Sequence record: OY723372.1
DNA length: 8,705 nucleotides
Strand: one strand, 5' to 3'
The notes below the pieces were generated by a model. The model did no database searches, was not told the origin of the DNA, and was given only the letters and a program-made list of their open reading frames with translations. Position numbers and translations under genes: made by a program. Every line of letters starts with the position of its first letter. Within the stretch, counting starts at the first letter, position 1. Positions 8,081-8,705 of the stretch are shown here, in pieces.

Positions 8081-8272
8081 GCATGCATTTGATGACATGA
8101 AACACATGATTTGATGATATGAAGTACTCGATATGTACTCATTATGGGTACCACTAACACTAGTACTACAGCATATCCATACAAGGGGAACCATAAGGAT
8201 CCGCCCTTGCAGGTATTTGGGTACTATATGATGTATAGAGGGTATCCAGTAATCACCAGATATCATGATATT
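8081..8272. repeat. Monomer type P, copy 2 (192 bp)
   Basis: It lies at offset 4845 from copy 1 and has the same length, with a few substitutions. Confidence 0.9.
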
Positions 8273-8526
8273 GCATGCATTTGATGACATGAAACACATG
8301 ATTCGATGTACTCAGATTACATGATTATGGTGATATCCAGTACATCACCAGATCCCTTAGACACCATGGGGATCACTACATATGCTATAAGGAGTACACA
8401 TGCTCTGCATGGTACCTATATCATAGGGTAGGGGATATGCCCACGATACCTATGGAGACCACATCCTCTAGATACATGGTATGTGCACAGAGGATGGTGC
8501 CATGGTATGAGGTCCCCAAAAGGGTC
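8273..8526. repeat. Monomer type Q, subtype b, copy 2
   Basis: It lies at offset 4845 from 3428-3682, carries the subtype-b markers, and is followed by W units and then an X-like module. Confidence 0.9.
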
Positions 8527-8586
8527 TAAAATGATGGATTTGGGGTCTGGAATCATGTCATGAGGGGTACCCCGCACACGGTATGC

Positions 8587-8705
8587 ACAGGATATGGCAT
8601 ATGAGACACCTGAGGAGATGACCTCCACAGGGAATATGCCTCTGCATATCCGGGCTACCGAGAGGCCCCGCGGAGGACACCATATCCTCTAAGGAGCCCA
8701 TTATG
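8587..8705. repeat. Module X, subtype 3, at the unit 2 / unit 3 boundary (cut by the window end)
   Basis: The string reads acaggatatggcatatgagacacctgaggagatgacctccacagggaatatgcctctgcatatccgggctaccgagaggccccgcgg...ctctaaggagcccattatg. Confidence 0.8.

Larger units (their letters stand above)
4405..8695. repeat. Higher-order tandem repeat unit, copy 2 (module order L-N-X-M-U-Q-R-M-P-Q-X)
   Basis: It is colinear with unit 1 at offsets of about 4404-4376 (L, N), 5084 (Q-R) and 4845 (M-P-Q). At 8696-8705, gcccattatg re-enters the unit-start motif gccattatg found at 1-9 and 4405-4413. Confidence 0.8.

Noticed and set aside
1704-8293. An integron-like or antigen-cassette-like array (conserved junction plus variable cassette).
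   Set aside because: The cassettes are ~110-190 bp, contain no ORFs, and come from a small set of repeated types. No integrase or expression-site features are present. The resemblance is only formal.
1-8705. Coding hidden by an alternative genetic code (reassigned TGA, TAG or TAA).
   Set aside because: TGA, TAG and TAA are all abundant in all frames of the monomers (ttgatgacatgaa, gagtaggta and tctaatacc, for example), so no single reassignment opens long frames. Indels between copies that are not multiples of 3 argue against coding under any code.

Overview
I find no supportable protein-coding gene, tRNA or rRNA gene, CRISPR array or mobile-element gene in this window. All 8.7 kb read as non-coding, nested repetitive DNA, so I see no novel gene system here; what is worth reporting is the repeat architecture.

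The window holds two head-to-tail copies (1-4404 and 4405-8695) of a ~4.3-4.4 kb higher-order repeat unit. A third copy begins at 8696, because the last 10 nt re-enter the motif that opens the window.

Each unit opens with a ~1.5 kb block, L. It is GGAGACC/CTGAGGACC-rich and carries 22-bp and 12-bp tandem tracts, a G-tract cluster and a (CG)7 tract. An array of ~170-250 bp satellite-like monomers follows. These monomers share a conserved junction, the exact 21-mer GCATGCATTTGATGACATGAA (11 exact copies, all on the + strand). Between junctions they carry at least five alternative bodies, here named N, M, P, Q and X. Degenerate ~20-25 bp GGGGTCTAAAATG...TTTT units (W blocks) are interspersed.

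The two units are colinear but differ by gain and loss of cassettes. Unit 2 has a 640-bp insert (U) and unit 1 has a 420-bp W-rich block (T), each seen only once in the window.

Every ORF-track entry is 172 aa or shorter and low in complexity. These ORFs recur only because the DNA recurs, and they are broken in paralogous copies.

The architecture looks like eukaryotic satellite or heterochromatic DNA rather than a prokaryotic accessory region, but taxon and chromosomal context cannot be assigned from the sequence alone. Module boundaries were aligned by eye and are good to about +/-5-10 bp.
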